The notes: a model not told the origin generated them from the letters alone. 64,000 nucleotides of DNA from Mustelus asterias (GCF_964213995.1 NC_135825.1:18600001-18664000); one strand, 5' to 3'. Counted from the first letter of the stretch, positions 37,086 through 51,262 are shown. Numbers and translations: made by a program.

Positions 37086-39424
37086 TGTCCTGCCCATGGC
37101 ATCTGCCGTCATTTCCTTTTAGGTGGTAGAGGTGCAATTTCAGAAGGTGCTGTCAGAGGACACTTGGTGAGTGACGGCAGTTCATCTTGCAAATGGTACA
37201 CGCTGCTGCCATTGTGCATTGTTGATGGAGGGAGAAGATGTTTAAGGTGGTTGGTTAGTTGCCAGTTAAGAAGGCTGCTTTGCCCTGGATGGTGTCGAGT
37301 TTCTTGCGTGTAACGTGTCATAACGTTTACAGTATGGAAACAGGCCCTTCGGCCCAACTTGTCCATGTATACCCATCCGACACATGTAACTGTCTAAATG
37401 CTTTTAAAAAGACAAAATTGTACCCGACTCTACAACTGCCTTTAGCAGCTTGTTCCAGACACTCGCCACCTTCTGAGTGAAAAAACTGCCCCTTTGGACC
37501 CTTTTGTATCTCTCCCCTCTCACCTTAAACCTATGCCCTCTAGTTTTAGATTTCCCCACCTTTGGGAAAAGATGGTGACTATCTATCTTTTCTATGCCCC
37601 TCCTTATTTTATAGACCTCTATAAGATCGCCCCTAAGCCTCCTACACTCCAGGGAAAAAAGTCCCAATCACAAATGGGGGAAAGGAGGGGTATTGGAGCT
37701 GTACTGATCTGGACAGGTGGAGAGGTGCACATCCTGACTTGTGCCCTGTGGAAGGTGGACAGCAGATTGGAAGTCAGGAAGTGAGTTACTCTCCACAGAA
37801 TTCCCAGCCTCTGACTTGTTCGTGTAGCTACAGGATTTGTGTGGCTGGTCCAGTTAAATTTCTGATCAACGGGAATCCCCAGGAGGTAGATGGAGATTCA
37901 GCAATGGGAATTCCATTGAATTGGAAATATAACCAGGTTCTTTCTTATTGGAGATGGTGAGTGCCTGACATTTGAGTGGCATGAACGTTACCTGTCATTT
38001 AATAGCCCTAATCTGAATGTTCACCGGGTCTTCCTGCATATTGACATGGACTGCTTCTGAGCAATAGGAAACTATGCTGAACAATGTACAAGCATCAGAG
38101 AATATACATTTCTGGCCTTATGATGGCAGGAAAGTCATTGATGAAGCAGCTGAAGATGGTTGGACACTACCCCATGGAAATCCTACAACTATGACCTAGG
38201 ACTGAGATGATTGACCTCCAACAACCACAACCATCTCGTTTTGTCTATGTATGACTCCAACACTTGATTCCCATTGACTCCAGTTCTGCTAGGCTCCCTG
38301 ATGCCACACTCAGTCAAATGCTGCCTTGGTGTCACCTCATATTTGAGTTTGGCTCTTTTGTCCATGTTTCCGAAAAGGCTGTAACGAGATTAGGAGTTGA
38401 GTGGCTCTGACTGAACCCAAGCTGAGTGTCAGTGAACATGTTACTGCTGAGTTGGTGTTGCTTGAGCGCACTGTCGATGACCCCTTCAATCCCATTGCTA
38501 ATGATTAAAGGTAGCCTAATGAGGCAGTAATTGGCCAGATTGGATTTGCCCTGCCTTATTTGGATAGAACATACCCAGTCAATTTTTCACATTGGAGGGG
38601 GTAAATTCTGTACTGAAAGAGCCTGGCTAGGACTCAGCTATATCAGCAACATTGTCCGAATGTTGTCAGCTCCCAGCCTTTGCAGCATCACTTCACACAT
38701 AAAAGAAATACAAGGAAATTGTTTTTTTAAAGAACCAGTGATTTTATTTTGCTGTTTAAACTGCAATTTACATCTTCAGCTGAGACAAAGTAGATGTGGT
38801 ACATTAATGGTCTTCATCCTCAAAGTAGTGTCACTTCAGTAATTAAACTGAAGACCAGTTACAGCTTCACTGGTGCCCAACGAAGATTGAGGCAAGCTGG
38901 AAAAATAAAGAGTGTTTTAATGTTCTCTTATTGAACAATAATCAGTCGCATTCAAAACAGTTTCTATATTCGGTCTATTTTTAAAATTATAATTATTTTC
39001 TTGTTTCCTCGCCTTTCTTCTTCCCCAACAACATATCTTCACCCAACAGAACTGACCAGGACCACACACACACAGAATTTCCCAATTCCACAACTAAGCT
39101 CTAGAACAAATATGGACAAGCAGCTTGGACTGAAATAAAACTCAGTAACCTTGTTTTGTGAAAATATCATTGCAGATGTTTATCATGTCAGAGCATTGTC
39201 ACGGGGACTGCAACAGTTCAAGATGGCGGCTAATCGAGGGCAATTAAGGATGGGAAATTAAAGCTGGGCAAGACAATGAAACCCACATCCGATAAGCCAA
39301 TAAAAAATCGTATGAAAGTAGGGGCATACCATCCATTTACACCCAATCAAAACTAGGAAAATGAATTTACATTCATTTGACACACATCGTCAAATGTTGT
39401 ACTTGTACACCCTGTGAGCTGCAG

Positions 39425-39430
39425 TTTATT
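39425..39430 (-). terminator. Probable polyadenylation signal of copy C
   Basis: AATAAA on the minus strand about 155 nt after the stop. Confidence 0.6.
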
Positions 39431-39585
39431 AAATTTTACCCATCAGTTTTGAAATTCTAATGAACTAGGACTTCTATTGAAGGCCACGCTGGCATTTTAC
39501 ACCACCTCAACATTATTAATTTCCACAGGATGGCGACTTTGAATTGTTATTTAGGTCCTGAGCAAACTTACCTTCTGATTTCCCA

Positions 39586-42500
39586 TTATGGCCAGTTGCA
39601 GCATTCACAGGAGGTGTCAAAGACTAATCCAGAACCACAACTCTCCTGGTAGGTCCTTCCATTGACACATTCATAAAACTTGTTCTTGTCTTTTGGATCA
39701 GGGTAGGTACCACTGGCTTTGCCGGCGCAGAATCCACTTCCGCCACTGCTGCCACCACCACCGCCGCTGCTTCCACCACCACCGCTGCTTCCACCACCAC
39801 CGCTGCTTCCACCACCACTGCTGCTTCCACCACCACTGCTGCTTCCACCACCACCGCTGCTTCCACCACCACCACCACTGCTGCTGCCACCACCACTGCT
39901 GCTGCCACCACCACCACTGCTGCTTCCACCACCACTGCTTCCACCACCACCACCGCTAGGTGCCTGAGTTGCAGGAACAGCTGGCTTCTGTGTTGGTTTG
40001 AGAGGAACACAACCTGGAATGAAACAAAATTCGGAAATTAATTTCTTTCTTCAAAATCAGAAGCAAACAAAGATAAACATTGCAAAGTCAAGGGTTGCTG
40101 CTGCAATGAAAGACTCCAGTAGAACTCAATTCCTTATGGTATGAGGAACAAGCTTCTTGGAAATTCTGTTCACTGGGAACTACTGAGGAAAGATAGGTTC
40201 CTATCCCCCGCCATGTTAGTTGAAACATTCCCCAACTACTCTAGTAAGTTCCAAGTATAAAGAATCCTGATATTTGCCTGTAGAAATTCCAAGTCCAGTG
40301 TACAGAGTGTTAATGAGGGGATATGGTCCTTGGCCGCAGAAAGCACCAGAGAAATCATCCAGAGCAAGATCCCACACCATAGCTCCTCCAATGTTGACCT
40401 TTTTCAGCCACGCAATCTGAAATACATTGCTCACAAATTAATTTCGCAAATCATTGTTTGGGTACAATTTTTACACCAAATATAACGTGTAAACTCCACA
40501 CGGACAGTGACCCAAGCCAGGAATCGAACCCAGATCCCTGACGCGGTGAGGCAGCAGTGCTAACCACTGTGTCACCGTGCTGCCCCAAGAAATAAAAATG
40601 ATGGACAAAACAAATTTAAAGAGATAATTTCTCCATTTTAAATTAAACTGACTCATTTTGCTCTGTTGTTTCGCTGAACATTTTGTGTGCGATCAAACTT
40701 AGCAGGAATGAATGTGTCAGCTCACTGGAGGTTTTGTGTTATCAATTTTCCTTGTTCTCATCACCTAACTTGAGGCTCAGGCTACAAGAACAATATTTGA
40801 TACTTTCTTTTACAGAAGTCACGCTCCAACCATCCTCTGTGTAATGTTCCAGTTATTCAACCAATCAATAACATGATTCCAATGCTTATAGTTGCATATT
40901 CAAACATATATTGCATCAAAGCAACAGATAAAAAAAGGACATCAGCTTCTCAAAGATACCTTATCTTGAAAGCTCTTCACATTGTCATATCCAATCCATT
41001 CCATTCTTTTATAAGCATATGGGACCATCTGTGGAGCATTCCATACCACGGTGGCACTCTTCAAAAATGTGCAGATCTGTGAAAAAAGTGAGACATTCAA
41101 AATGTCAGTGATCACAATGCTTTGCAACATTCTCAATATACATTGACAACCTTTCTCACATCAGGTTTTTGTATTGTATTTTTTCAGCTTCATTTTCTCT
41201 CAATTGCAATCCTCACACTGGAGTTCCTGTTGTTTTTTTGCTGTTGAGAATGATATATTAAATTCAGAAAAAGCAAATGCTGAACAAACCACTTTTCATT
41301 AAAAATAATCAATGATTCCTCGCACCGAATGTTCCCAACATGCGGCACAGGAGGAGCCAAATAAGCATTGGGATTTTACTCATGCACCTGACAAAGGGGT
41401 TGTTTTCAAAGTTTGTAAGTAGTGCGAAAGATAGGCACACAAACTGCTAAGGACTGAGTGTAATCTTTTCAGAAAAAACCCTGGGATTTTCGGTAGCAAG
41501 GAAAGTTTGGGATGCAAAAGTTTACATCTTCCATTTTGCCTTGTGTATTTTCCAAGGTTGACAACAATGGCCTGTCAAGCAACTTCCGATGATGGAGGCT
41601 GTGACGTTATGGGCAAAATTTTCCGGCCATTCAAACTGGAAGGCTTTTCTGGTCCCGCTGCAGTGAACGGAGATTTGGCTGAGTGCCAAATCCTCCATCC
41701 TTGCTTGCAGTGGTAGCGGGGTGTGAAGGGCCAGTAAGATTGTGACCTTTGTCTCTGTTAATTAGAGCATGATGATGCACATCTCAGCACCTGTTCCTTT
41801 GGTACCTAAGCTGAGTGATGCCATGTGTTGTGATGCTGGCAGGGTCAGGGGGATCTTCATACATGGGACAGATGGCCAGAAAGAAGTGTCCTTGGTAAGG
41901 ATGTCAGAATGCACTTCCTGTCTTTTAAATGCGGTCATCCCACAAGCATTCATCACTCGAACTGCATCAGGGTCACATATGCTTTTCAGGTACATTATTG
42001 CTTTTTACTTAGTCTTTCAGAGGAAGTTTGTATGATGAAGGTAATGCAGATGTACTCATTTGTGGGACATGGGCACCGCTGACTGGCCTGCATATGTTGC
42101 ACTTATGTTGTCAGAGTAAATTCTGAATGTTTTTGGAGGGTAGATGGTGGGGGTTGGTGTTGGCCTGCTTGGGGGGGCGGAGGGAGGGGGGGACAAGGCG
42201 CCAGTGCTGCCAATGGTTGAAAGTGGTGGGGCAGGGGGCTGGGGATCGGAGGGGGGGGGGGGGGGGGGTGGCGGAGGGAGGAGGGGGTGGGGAGGGAGAG
42301 AAATCGACCTGGGGAGGGCAGGGTGTTGGGGCTGGCTGGAGATGTATGGCTGGAGGCCAGCAATTGGGGCATGAGAGGATCAGAGGGTTGCTGTGATTGA
42401 GCTGGCCAATGATCGGGAGGCTGGCAATGCACACTACTGCACACACGCCAACCTCCGCTATGACTGATCGACGCATGCACAGTGGCCCGTTCAGCACTAT

Positions 42501-45500
42501 GCTGCTGGCCTCACCAGCGGGAATAGGTCCCGCCCCCTGATTCTTATTGAGATTCACGCTAGGGCTCTCTGTGAGTGTGGGACATTCATTATGAAAATGC
42601 CGCTAAAAAAACCAGCGGGATTTACTCCATTTTTTAGGCAAATTCGGCACTTAGAATGATTCCTGGCAAAGATCTTATGGAATGAAGAAGGTTACTGTTC
42701 TCAATACCTCATAATAGGCCAAGAACCCAGCCTGTCTGGTGTACTGTCCAGGTGGTCCAGCCCCTGTTGCTGGGGCTCCGACTCCATGGGCGGATGTTCT
42801 CAGTCTGAAGGTGTGGCCATATGTAGCGAATCCAGCGTTCAGTTTGTCTGCAGGAGCTCCCATCTTTAACCAGTATTTCATTGCAAAGTTCTACAGAAAA
42901 AAAATACATGAAAGGATCTGCTGGACGGTCTTTGCATCCACTTGGTTGAAGATGTTTACCATTTGGAAATATTAAATGTAACTGGATTCTATTTCCGAAC
43001 ACTTACCACATTAAACTCAAGATTGAGGGCGCTCTTGGAATTTGGGAGAGCATAAAGTGGGCTGTTTTCTCCAGTGGCGTGACTCCAGGGTCCAAAGAAA
43101 TCATATGTCATCACATTGAAAAAGTCCACAATCCTGTGTGAGGAGAGATCTGAGTTACACTGACATCCAGGAGTCTTCGCCCACAATGTGTCTCCGAGTC
43201 CTCATGTGGGGGTTGAACCCACAATCATCCAATTCAGAGCCAAGTGCTACCACTGAGCCACTGCTAAGACCATTGCATGTTTCTACAGCGTACTAAAATA
43301 TTTGAGTCTTTTGTATTTCAACCTCCAATCTTGCTCATGCTGTAAAATGGAGTGGTAACCTAATGAAATGTCCTGGTCTGCCTGAAGAACAAAGCAGCAG
43401 AATTTATAACAGATATATTTACATCAAAGCTCAGTTATGGAGAATAGGGCCTTTACCTTCAGGAATCTGAATAAGATGATAAAATCCAAGAACAATAGAC
43501 TACATAATAATTGATGAGGGGGAATCTAGCAATGTAGGGCGGCACGGTAGCACAGTGGTTAGCACTGCTGCTTCACAGCTACAGGGACCTGGGTTCGATT
43601 CCCGGCTTGGGTCACTGTCTGTGTGGAGTTTGCACATTCTCCTCGTGTCTGTGTGGGTTTCCTCCGGGTGCTCCGGTTTCCTCCCACAGTCCAAAGATGT
43701 GCTGGTTAGGTTGATTGGCCCTGCTAAAATTGCCCTTAATGTCTTGAGATGTGTAGGTTAGAGGGATTAGTGGGTAAATATGTAGGGACATGGGGGTAGG
43801 GCCTGGGTGGGATTGTGGTCGGTGCAGACTCGATGGGCCGAATGGCCTCTTTCTGTGCTGTAGGGTTTGTATAGAAAAAAATCTTAATGCGTGGACACCT
43901 TTTGCATAACTTAGACCTACTTGGAGCAAGATGTTCTCCTCGTGGGGAGTCCAAAGGTAATGGTCATAATTTGAGGATAAAGGGTAAAGTTTTTAGGACT
44001 GAGGTGAGGAGAAATTTCTTCATGCAGCGAGTGGCGAACCTGTGGAATTCACAACCACAGAAAATAGTGGAGGCCAAAATGTTGTGTGATTTCAAGAAGA
44101 AATAGCTCTTGGGCTAAAGTAATCAAGGGATATGGGGGGAAGGTGGGATTAGGTTATTGGATTTGATGATAAGCCATGATCAAAAGGAATGGCGGGCCAG
44201 GCTCGAAGGGCCAAATGGCCAACTCCTGCTTCAATCTTCTATATTTCTATACATTCTCCTTGTTTCCTCAACAACGTCTATCCTTCAGTCTTCACTCGAA
44301 AAACTTCAGATCATCTTATTGCTTAAGTGGGGTTAATTCATCAGAGGTCGCGAAGGCCAACCAGGCTGCAGCTGTCATGCAATCCAAACAATGACACACT
44401 GTTGGTGTGTGTCTGCCGACTAAACCTGAAGACATGTTTAAAGGAATCCATCTCGCCACTGACAAGGCCATTGCTTAGCTCTGTGACTATGTGCAGGTTA
44501 AAAAAAGTTAAATCTCATTGTTTCTGCAATCTTGGTGCAGGTTTCTTGGTTGCTGCGTTACGCTGCCACAGAGTCTACATTCCAAAATACTTTGTCGACT
44601 GTGAATATTTTAGGGACATCCCAAAGTTGTGAAATTCTAATTCTGTCTTCTATGACTCGCTTTCTGGTTTTCACATTCTGCTTTCATTGAAATAAAGAAG
44701 CATTTGTACAGCTTTCTCAACATTACCCAAGTTGTGAATACAAGATAACTGGGATATTCCCAGTCAATATCCAAAATATTAAACTCAAAATCATGCAAGA
44801 AGCTGAGCTCAGGCTTTATGAATTTTTGACAAAACACTCAGTCTGCAAATTGATCCCCTCTCTCTTCATCTCCCCTTTAATGTGTCCCTCTCTCCTTCAC
44901 CTTGCCACCTCTGCACCTTTCTCTACCCTCCACAATTACCCTCTCACCCTCACCTTGCTTCAAAAACTGGCAGAATTAGATGTAATACTCAATGATTTTC
45001 CATCCCTTTGCCAGAATGCAGTTCGACTGGCATCACGCGATGAACCAATATTGAAGGCTTAGCTTTGAGAGTCAACACTGATTATCAATTAACTGTGCAA
45101 AGATTTAAAGACGAGCCCAGTTCTAACCTCACCCGATGACCAGACGGAAGCATTGTGAGTTACAAGCAGGAATGAGAACAATATTACCAAACAATCTTAG
45201 GAACTCTAACATTGCCTCAGCTAGATTCAATCAACTCAATATTAATTGGAGATTGAACCGAGGGCTGTCTAGATCTGTACGGCTCAGCTGCTAACTGGTT
45301 AAACTTGCTAAATTGTGGGACTAACAGGGATACTCACTGTCCAAGCTGAGGAACCTCATAGCCAGTATCAATGTTATTCTTCCCACCAGCAACTGCAAGT
45401 GACAACAGCAGTCTTGGTTTTCCGGTGCTTTTCCCCTCAGCTTCAAAGGCTGCCATCAGTTCCTGAAAGTTGAAAATGAATAAAGTTTCATTTAGCACAA

Positions 45501-48500
45501 ACAATAAAGAGTTTCAGATGCACAGAAAAGCATTTTCTGGCTTCATAAAATCTCCATGACCATGTGTCAGACAATAGTCTGCCCGTCCAAGGGTACAGTC
45601 AAAGGGAGGATCAAGTTCTAATTGGACTCAAATTAAGACATACAGAATCAAAGCATTAACTCTCTGGGCACAACCTTCACAGCCACTCATGCCGTGTGCC
45701 CATTGCAGCGAGATCGGAGAATTTGGTGCCCAGCCAAATCTCCACTCACTGCAGTGCGATGGGAAAATTCCACCAGCATGAACAGCAAAAACATTCTGGC
45801 CTCAGTTTCTTTCTCCACAGATGCTGCCAGACCTGCTGAGACTTTTCAGCATTTTCTCACATTTTTATTAAATGGAGTCTAAATGGATCACTGTTATTGC
45901 ACAGTAGTTGGAACAGACATCTTTTATCACCTTGATTAATGAGGTTGCTATCAAACTAATTTGCTGTATATAAATTCATAAGTTTCATGTTGGAATATTC
46001 CACTTCTATGTTTCACAATTTGTGCAACAGTGTATTTTACATCTGTTTCAATAATAGTTGGTTAGTTTACATATCAGCACTGATCTAACTGAATGGCCAA
46101 ACAGCCTGTAAGAGGTCAATGGCCCATGCCTGTCCCTATGTTCCTCGTCCTTGATGAGGACGTTGAGAGCAAGTTTAAATTTACAAACAGGATTGAAAGA
46201 TGTGTTATTTTAGCTGCTAGACTAAGCATCCTGTTAAATACATTTGTGCCTACCTGTGCCAGCACGGTGTAGAGATGCTTGTCACGTGGGGGACTTCCTC
46301 TTGAGCCAGGATATTCCCAGTCAATATCCAAACCATCAAAACCGTAACCGCGCAGGAAGCTAATCGCAGACTTAATGAAAATCTGGCGGTTTCCTGGTGA
46401 GGAAACCATGGCGGTGTATCTAGAGGAGAGTAGAATGTTAACCAAGGTCAGAAGAGGTGTAGTTAGCTCTCAGTAATTGCCAGCTGACCCTTTCAGAATT
46501 TCATACCTTTTAAAATTTCAATACATAGCAGAAAACTAATTATAATTTACAAAAAGATATTTGCGACATGTTGTAATTTTGCTGCTCTCGACAATCAGTG
46601 CAATCAATCTTGAATGGTTTTATTAACTACAAATGTGTCTTTCTGAAAATGAGGTGCTTTCGTTTCAGACAGGGATCCTGTTAGTAATATTGTTTGAATT
46701 ATATTTTATAGAAAGCTCAGCATAGTCATAGTACATTCATTCGCAGATAAGATATATCGTTGTATAAAACTACACTTATCATTCCAAATTTAGCTCTTTG
46801 ACCCAGTCTCTTTTACATCATGAGCAATAGGAAAAGAAGCACTCTTCACCCAATATTTTTTTTCAAACTTTCAACTTACTTCGCAGTTCCAAAGTTCCAG
46901 CCTCCGACGGATAGGAGTGTCTTAAGGTCTTTATTTCTATTGCAAAATTGAACACATTGTTCATTTTGAAAAAAAGAACACAAGCAAATGCATCATTATT
47001 GTCTGAACCTTTCTATTGTTTTCTTCATTTAGTGCGAAATCTTGGTTAAGCAGAAATACCTCAATGCAGAACATACATTTCACAACATGGTGTGCCATAG
47101 GAATGAGGATATGGTTCATGTGGGCATGGCCCACAATCAATAAAACCATCTCTTTATTTTATTCTTTCATCGGTGTGGCATTTTTTGGCAAAGCTAGCAT
47201 TTGGCAATGCCATTAAATTTACCGGGGTGGGGGTGGTTAAATTCTCTATTGTTGAGATGGACATTCCCTGGCACTTGTGTGACATGAATGCTAATGCCCC
47301 TAGTCAGCTTAAAGCCTGAATTTTGACCATGTTTTGCTGCATATAGACATGGACTGCTTCTGTACCTGTGGATTATTGGATATTTTTGAACATTGTGCAA
47401 TTATCAGAGAGCATCTACATTTCTGACCTGTTGACGGAGATCATTACTGAAGTAGTTCTGATGTTGAGGTCAACGATTCTAACCTGAGGGGTCCTGGGAC
47501 TGAGATGATTAACCTCCAACAACCATGACCATTTTCCTTTTGCCAACTATGAAGCCAACCTAATGAAGAGATTTCCCCCTTATTCTCACTGACTTCCATC
47601 TCCCATGGAACCTTTATGCCACATTCAGTCAAACGCAGAAGTCACTCTCATCTCGTATGTGTGGACCAAGGATCAAATGAGGATAGAAGCCAACTGAAAC
47701 TGGTGAAACCCAACCTGAACATCAGTAAGCAGGTTATCATTTTGCGAATGCTGCTTGATGCACAAGGACACCTTCCAACATTTTTAAATCATCAAATGGA
47801 GCTTGATGGGGCAGTAATTGGCTGCGTTATATTTGTCCTGCTTTTCTTGGATACAATATACCTCAGGAATTTTACATCTTGTCAAGTAGCTGCCAGCATT
47901 GTAACTGCACTGGAGCAGTTTGTCTAGGGGAGCTTTAGTAATTGCAAATTAACCAGATTTCTTTTAATAAACCTTGCTGGATGACGTGCATATTGTAGCA
48001 TTGAATGAACATCAACAGCAGAGTCCTGTGAACAATAGTTACCTGGTTGTCCTCTAAGACAAGAAAGTACAAAGGGCAAGGGACGAGTTTAAAAACAGGG
48101 GAACGAAATCACTTAGGCTACAATAATGGGACCTCGTGTCAATTTTGTGAGAATATTTAACATGCAATGATTGGTGCTTTTTAGCTGGCTGAAATTATTA
48201 AAATGCAAATACCATCTCACTCACTCTGAGTTGCTGAGCTGAGTGGAAATTCCAGCTCTCTCCACAGCCCAGTGTTTCCACACAGATGGAGGTTTCTACA
48301 CACTGCACTTTGTATGACATACATTTACTGCATGTAGCAAATATAATCTAGCTGCACACTAATTAAAATAACTTCTCAGCTCATTCTACCACCTCAAGAG
48401 TTTTCGACACGTTGAAAATATTTTCTTGCTTGTATGGCACAACATGGTGATATCATGAACGTGTCAGGCATTGCCAGACCCGTTAGGCGTTAACCCATCT

Positions 48501-50051
48501 CTGCCAATGGGACACAAATCAGCATAACCCAATTTCACCCAAACATCAGCTATCTGAATGGGCCAGTCATGTTAAATTGCATATAATTCAGCATAATCTT
48601 TCAACGTGCAACAATATACAATAAGGACCAACTACACTTAGCATTGCAAGTACATCCTGGTTATTTATAGAATAATTATACTTGTTTTTAAGGGCGTTGA
48701 ATTCGTGGTAGAGTTTCACATCATCCCATGCATAAGTGGCAATTTTATTGCTTCTCATCCCAGCGAAAGCGTAGATCATATGTGTGCACAAGCAGGGATC
48801 CACATTGTGCGGCTTGAACTTCCCTGCTCCTGGTCTGTACTGGGACCAGTTTGTAAAGTAACAAACCAGTCTGTAGGCAGAGCCTGAGAGTGAAGAGAAA
48901 GGAAAATCAGCACTGAGCCTCTACTCATTACACATCATTCAAAATAGCTCAAAAAGCACAAAGACTCACCCAGTTCCAGGCACGCCAACAAGACCACCAC
49001 TGTAATAAAGAATATAGGAGAAGTGTTAAAAATGTGATCAAAATATGCTGGAAGGTTCAAGACATCACAACAATCTATTATATGAGTGAATAGGAACCAT
49101 TAAGAATCCATCCTTGGTCAAACTCTTCTCCACATCTATTTGCTGCCCTTTGGTGAGATCATCGACAGACATGGGGTCAGGATCTACACATCAATTGACA
49201 ACGCTGGCTTTAACTCATCAACACCTTCCCTTTCTCTGCTTCTCTACTGTCAGATTTCTTTGCCCGACTATCAGTTTGAGACGAACCATATTTTTTCCAC
49301 TTAAGCATTGCAAGTCTGTATTTATCATCGATAGTCCCCCATGCCCAACTTTACCACCAACTCCTTCTTGTTCACTGTCTCAGAACAAACCAGATTGCTT
49401 GCCAGCCAATTGCCCACTAAAAGCCTTATTGGTCATCTCCAATCTCAATGGGATAGAAATTATACTGATCCATCCCAGAATTGGGACTTGGGCCTTAACT
49501 CGATCTTTGGGACTGTCGACATCCATTCTGCCTCCACAGCAAACTCACTCTACAGGAGAAGTACATTTTAGATAATGGGGGAGGGGAAGGGAACTCATTC
49601 CTAAACAATTTTCTGCCTGCCCTCAAGCGAATAAAATGTTCTAGGGCAAATCGCATTGCCATGGCCAATGTGGTTGTATGGCATTCATTTTGCCAATTTA
49701 ACCAGTTAATCCTAGGTAGTTAATTGCTATTGCTGAAAATGCCAGGCAGAGTAATTTCTTACAGTTTTACTGCGATCACATCATAGAATTTAACTCTATT
49801 TGTTTTCATCAACTTCACCATAGGTTAAAAACAGAATTGGGAAAACTTGAGAAGTAACAGAGAACCAGGATTGCTCACAGTCACACTTGTACTTTGATGT
49901 TATTCTGTGTCACAACACAAATATTCAGATGCATGTTACTGTCAAAGAGAGTTATGTGTCGGAACAGCAGATAGGAGAATCCAATTATGATATCAAAGTT
50001 AATGAAATGGTACACAACAGGCTTACGTGTTCCAAGTAGAAGCTTTGCCAT
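39586..50051 (-). CDS. CHIA: Acidic chitinase (CHIA-like), copy C, 532 aa if the GC donor of intron 10 is used
   Basis: 11 exons: 50051-50027, 48999-48970, 48883-48682, 46936-46880, 46419-46254, 45462-45338, 43133-43007, 42890-42708, 41076-40960, 40416-40278, 40013-39586 (1599 nt). No stops or frameshifts, catalytic DGLDIDWE intact, ends CECCNWP*. Intron 10 begins GC rather than GT. Confidence 0.9.
39733..39957 (-). repeat. Coding Gly/Ser repeat (75 codons), linker of copy C
   Basis: 225 nt of GGN/AGY codons, in frame, 132 nt longer than in copy B. Confidence 0.95.
43537..43875 (+). mobile_element. Young HE1/V-SINE specific to intron 6 of copy C
   Basis: Absent at 18211 in copy B; AATCT duplicated at 43523-43527 and 43880-43884. 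Confidence 0.92.
44751..44831 (-). pseudogene. Decayed duplicate of catalytic exon 5 inside intron 6 of copy C
   Basis: Reads [27 protein letters not shown]; 59/81 nt identical to exon 5 by hand count, including a 24-nt exact run. Confidence 0.8.
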
Positions 50052-50086
50052 CTTGCAGCTGGTGTGTTGAGGGCACCAACACTGCC

Positions 50087-50235
50087 TTTTATACACTGAG
50101 TTTATCATTAGTGATAAATAATTCCAAACATCATTAACCTTATCACTGGGAAAGGGTCAGTCACAAGGAAAAATAACAGTTCTTATTTTGTCTTTATATA
50201 TATTTTCACCTTCTCGTGAATAACAACTTATCTCC
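50087..50235 (-). promoter_or_regulatory. Core promoter of copy C: TATA box and GATA-site cluster
   Basis: TATAAAA at 50093-50087; inverted GATA pair 50101-50118; TTATC near 50140 and 50228. Confidence 0.7.
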
Positions 50236-50355
50236 TCTACAATGTCATCTAGATTGTCGACCTTCATTGTAACCCCAGATTTGTTTTTGCGCGAGAAACA
50301 GGCTAGGAAATTGATGGGAAGAGTTGAGAGGCCTGTGTTCTTTTACTGTGGCATT

Positions 50356-51262
50356 AGGAACAAAGAACAAGGAAAAGTACAGCGCAGGAACAGGCGCAAC
50401 GACCCTCCAAGCCCGTGTCGATCATGATGCCCAAACTGAAAAAAAACTTCTGCCCTTATTCGGTCCCTATCCCTCTATTTCCTCCCTATTCATGTACCCA
50501 TCCAGATGCCTCTTAAATGTTGCTAACATGCCTGTTTCCACCACCTCCTCGGGCAGGCACCCAGGCACCCACCACTCTCTGAAAAACTTTCTCTACACAT
50601 CTCCCTTAAACTTCCCCCTCTCACATTGAATCTGTCCCCCTTGTAATTGACACTTCCACCATTGGAAAAAGCCTCTGACTATCCACCCTATCTATGCCTC
50701 TCATAATTTTGTAGACCTGTATCAGGTCTCCCCTCAGCCTTCATCTTTCCGATGAAAAGAATCCTAGTTGATTCAACCCCTCCTCATAGCCAACACCCTC
50801 GAGACCAGGCAACATCATGATGAACCTTCTTTGCACTTTCTCCAAAGCTTCCACGTCCTTCTGATAATGTGGTGACCAGAACTGCACGCAATACTCCAAA
50901 TGTGGCCTAAACAAGGTTTTACATAGTTGCAATATGATTTCCCAACTCCTGTACTCAGTGCACTGGCTGATGAAAACAAGCATGCCATATGCCTTCTTAA
51001 TCACCTTGGCCACCTGTGTTGCCACTTTTAGGGAACTGTGGACCTGCACGCCCAGATCCTCTATATGTTAATGTTCCTAAGGGTTCTGCCATTTACAGTA
51101 TTATTCATATCTAAATTTGATCCTCCAAAATGCATCACCTCTTATTTGTCTGGATTAAACTCCATCTGTCTTTTATGTGCCTAAGTCTCCAATCTATCTA
51201 CATCCTGTTGTATCCTCTGACAATCCTCAGCACTATCAGCAACTCCACTAATCTTAGTGTTA
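50356..51262 (-). mobile_element. CR1-type LINE upstream of copy C
   Basis: RPHLEYCVQFWSPHYQKD; same insertion site as 3342 and 24772. Confidence 0.88.

Noticed and set aside
39624-40010. ORFs rich in poly-Val/Ala, poly-Pro/Leu and His/Cys (also 14539-14793)
   Set aside because: Alternative frames and the antisense strand of the Gly/Ser linker repeat; the true frame is fixed by exon phase and the CBM14 cysteines.
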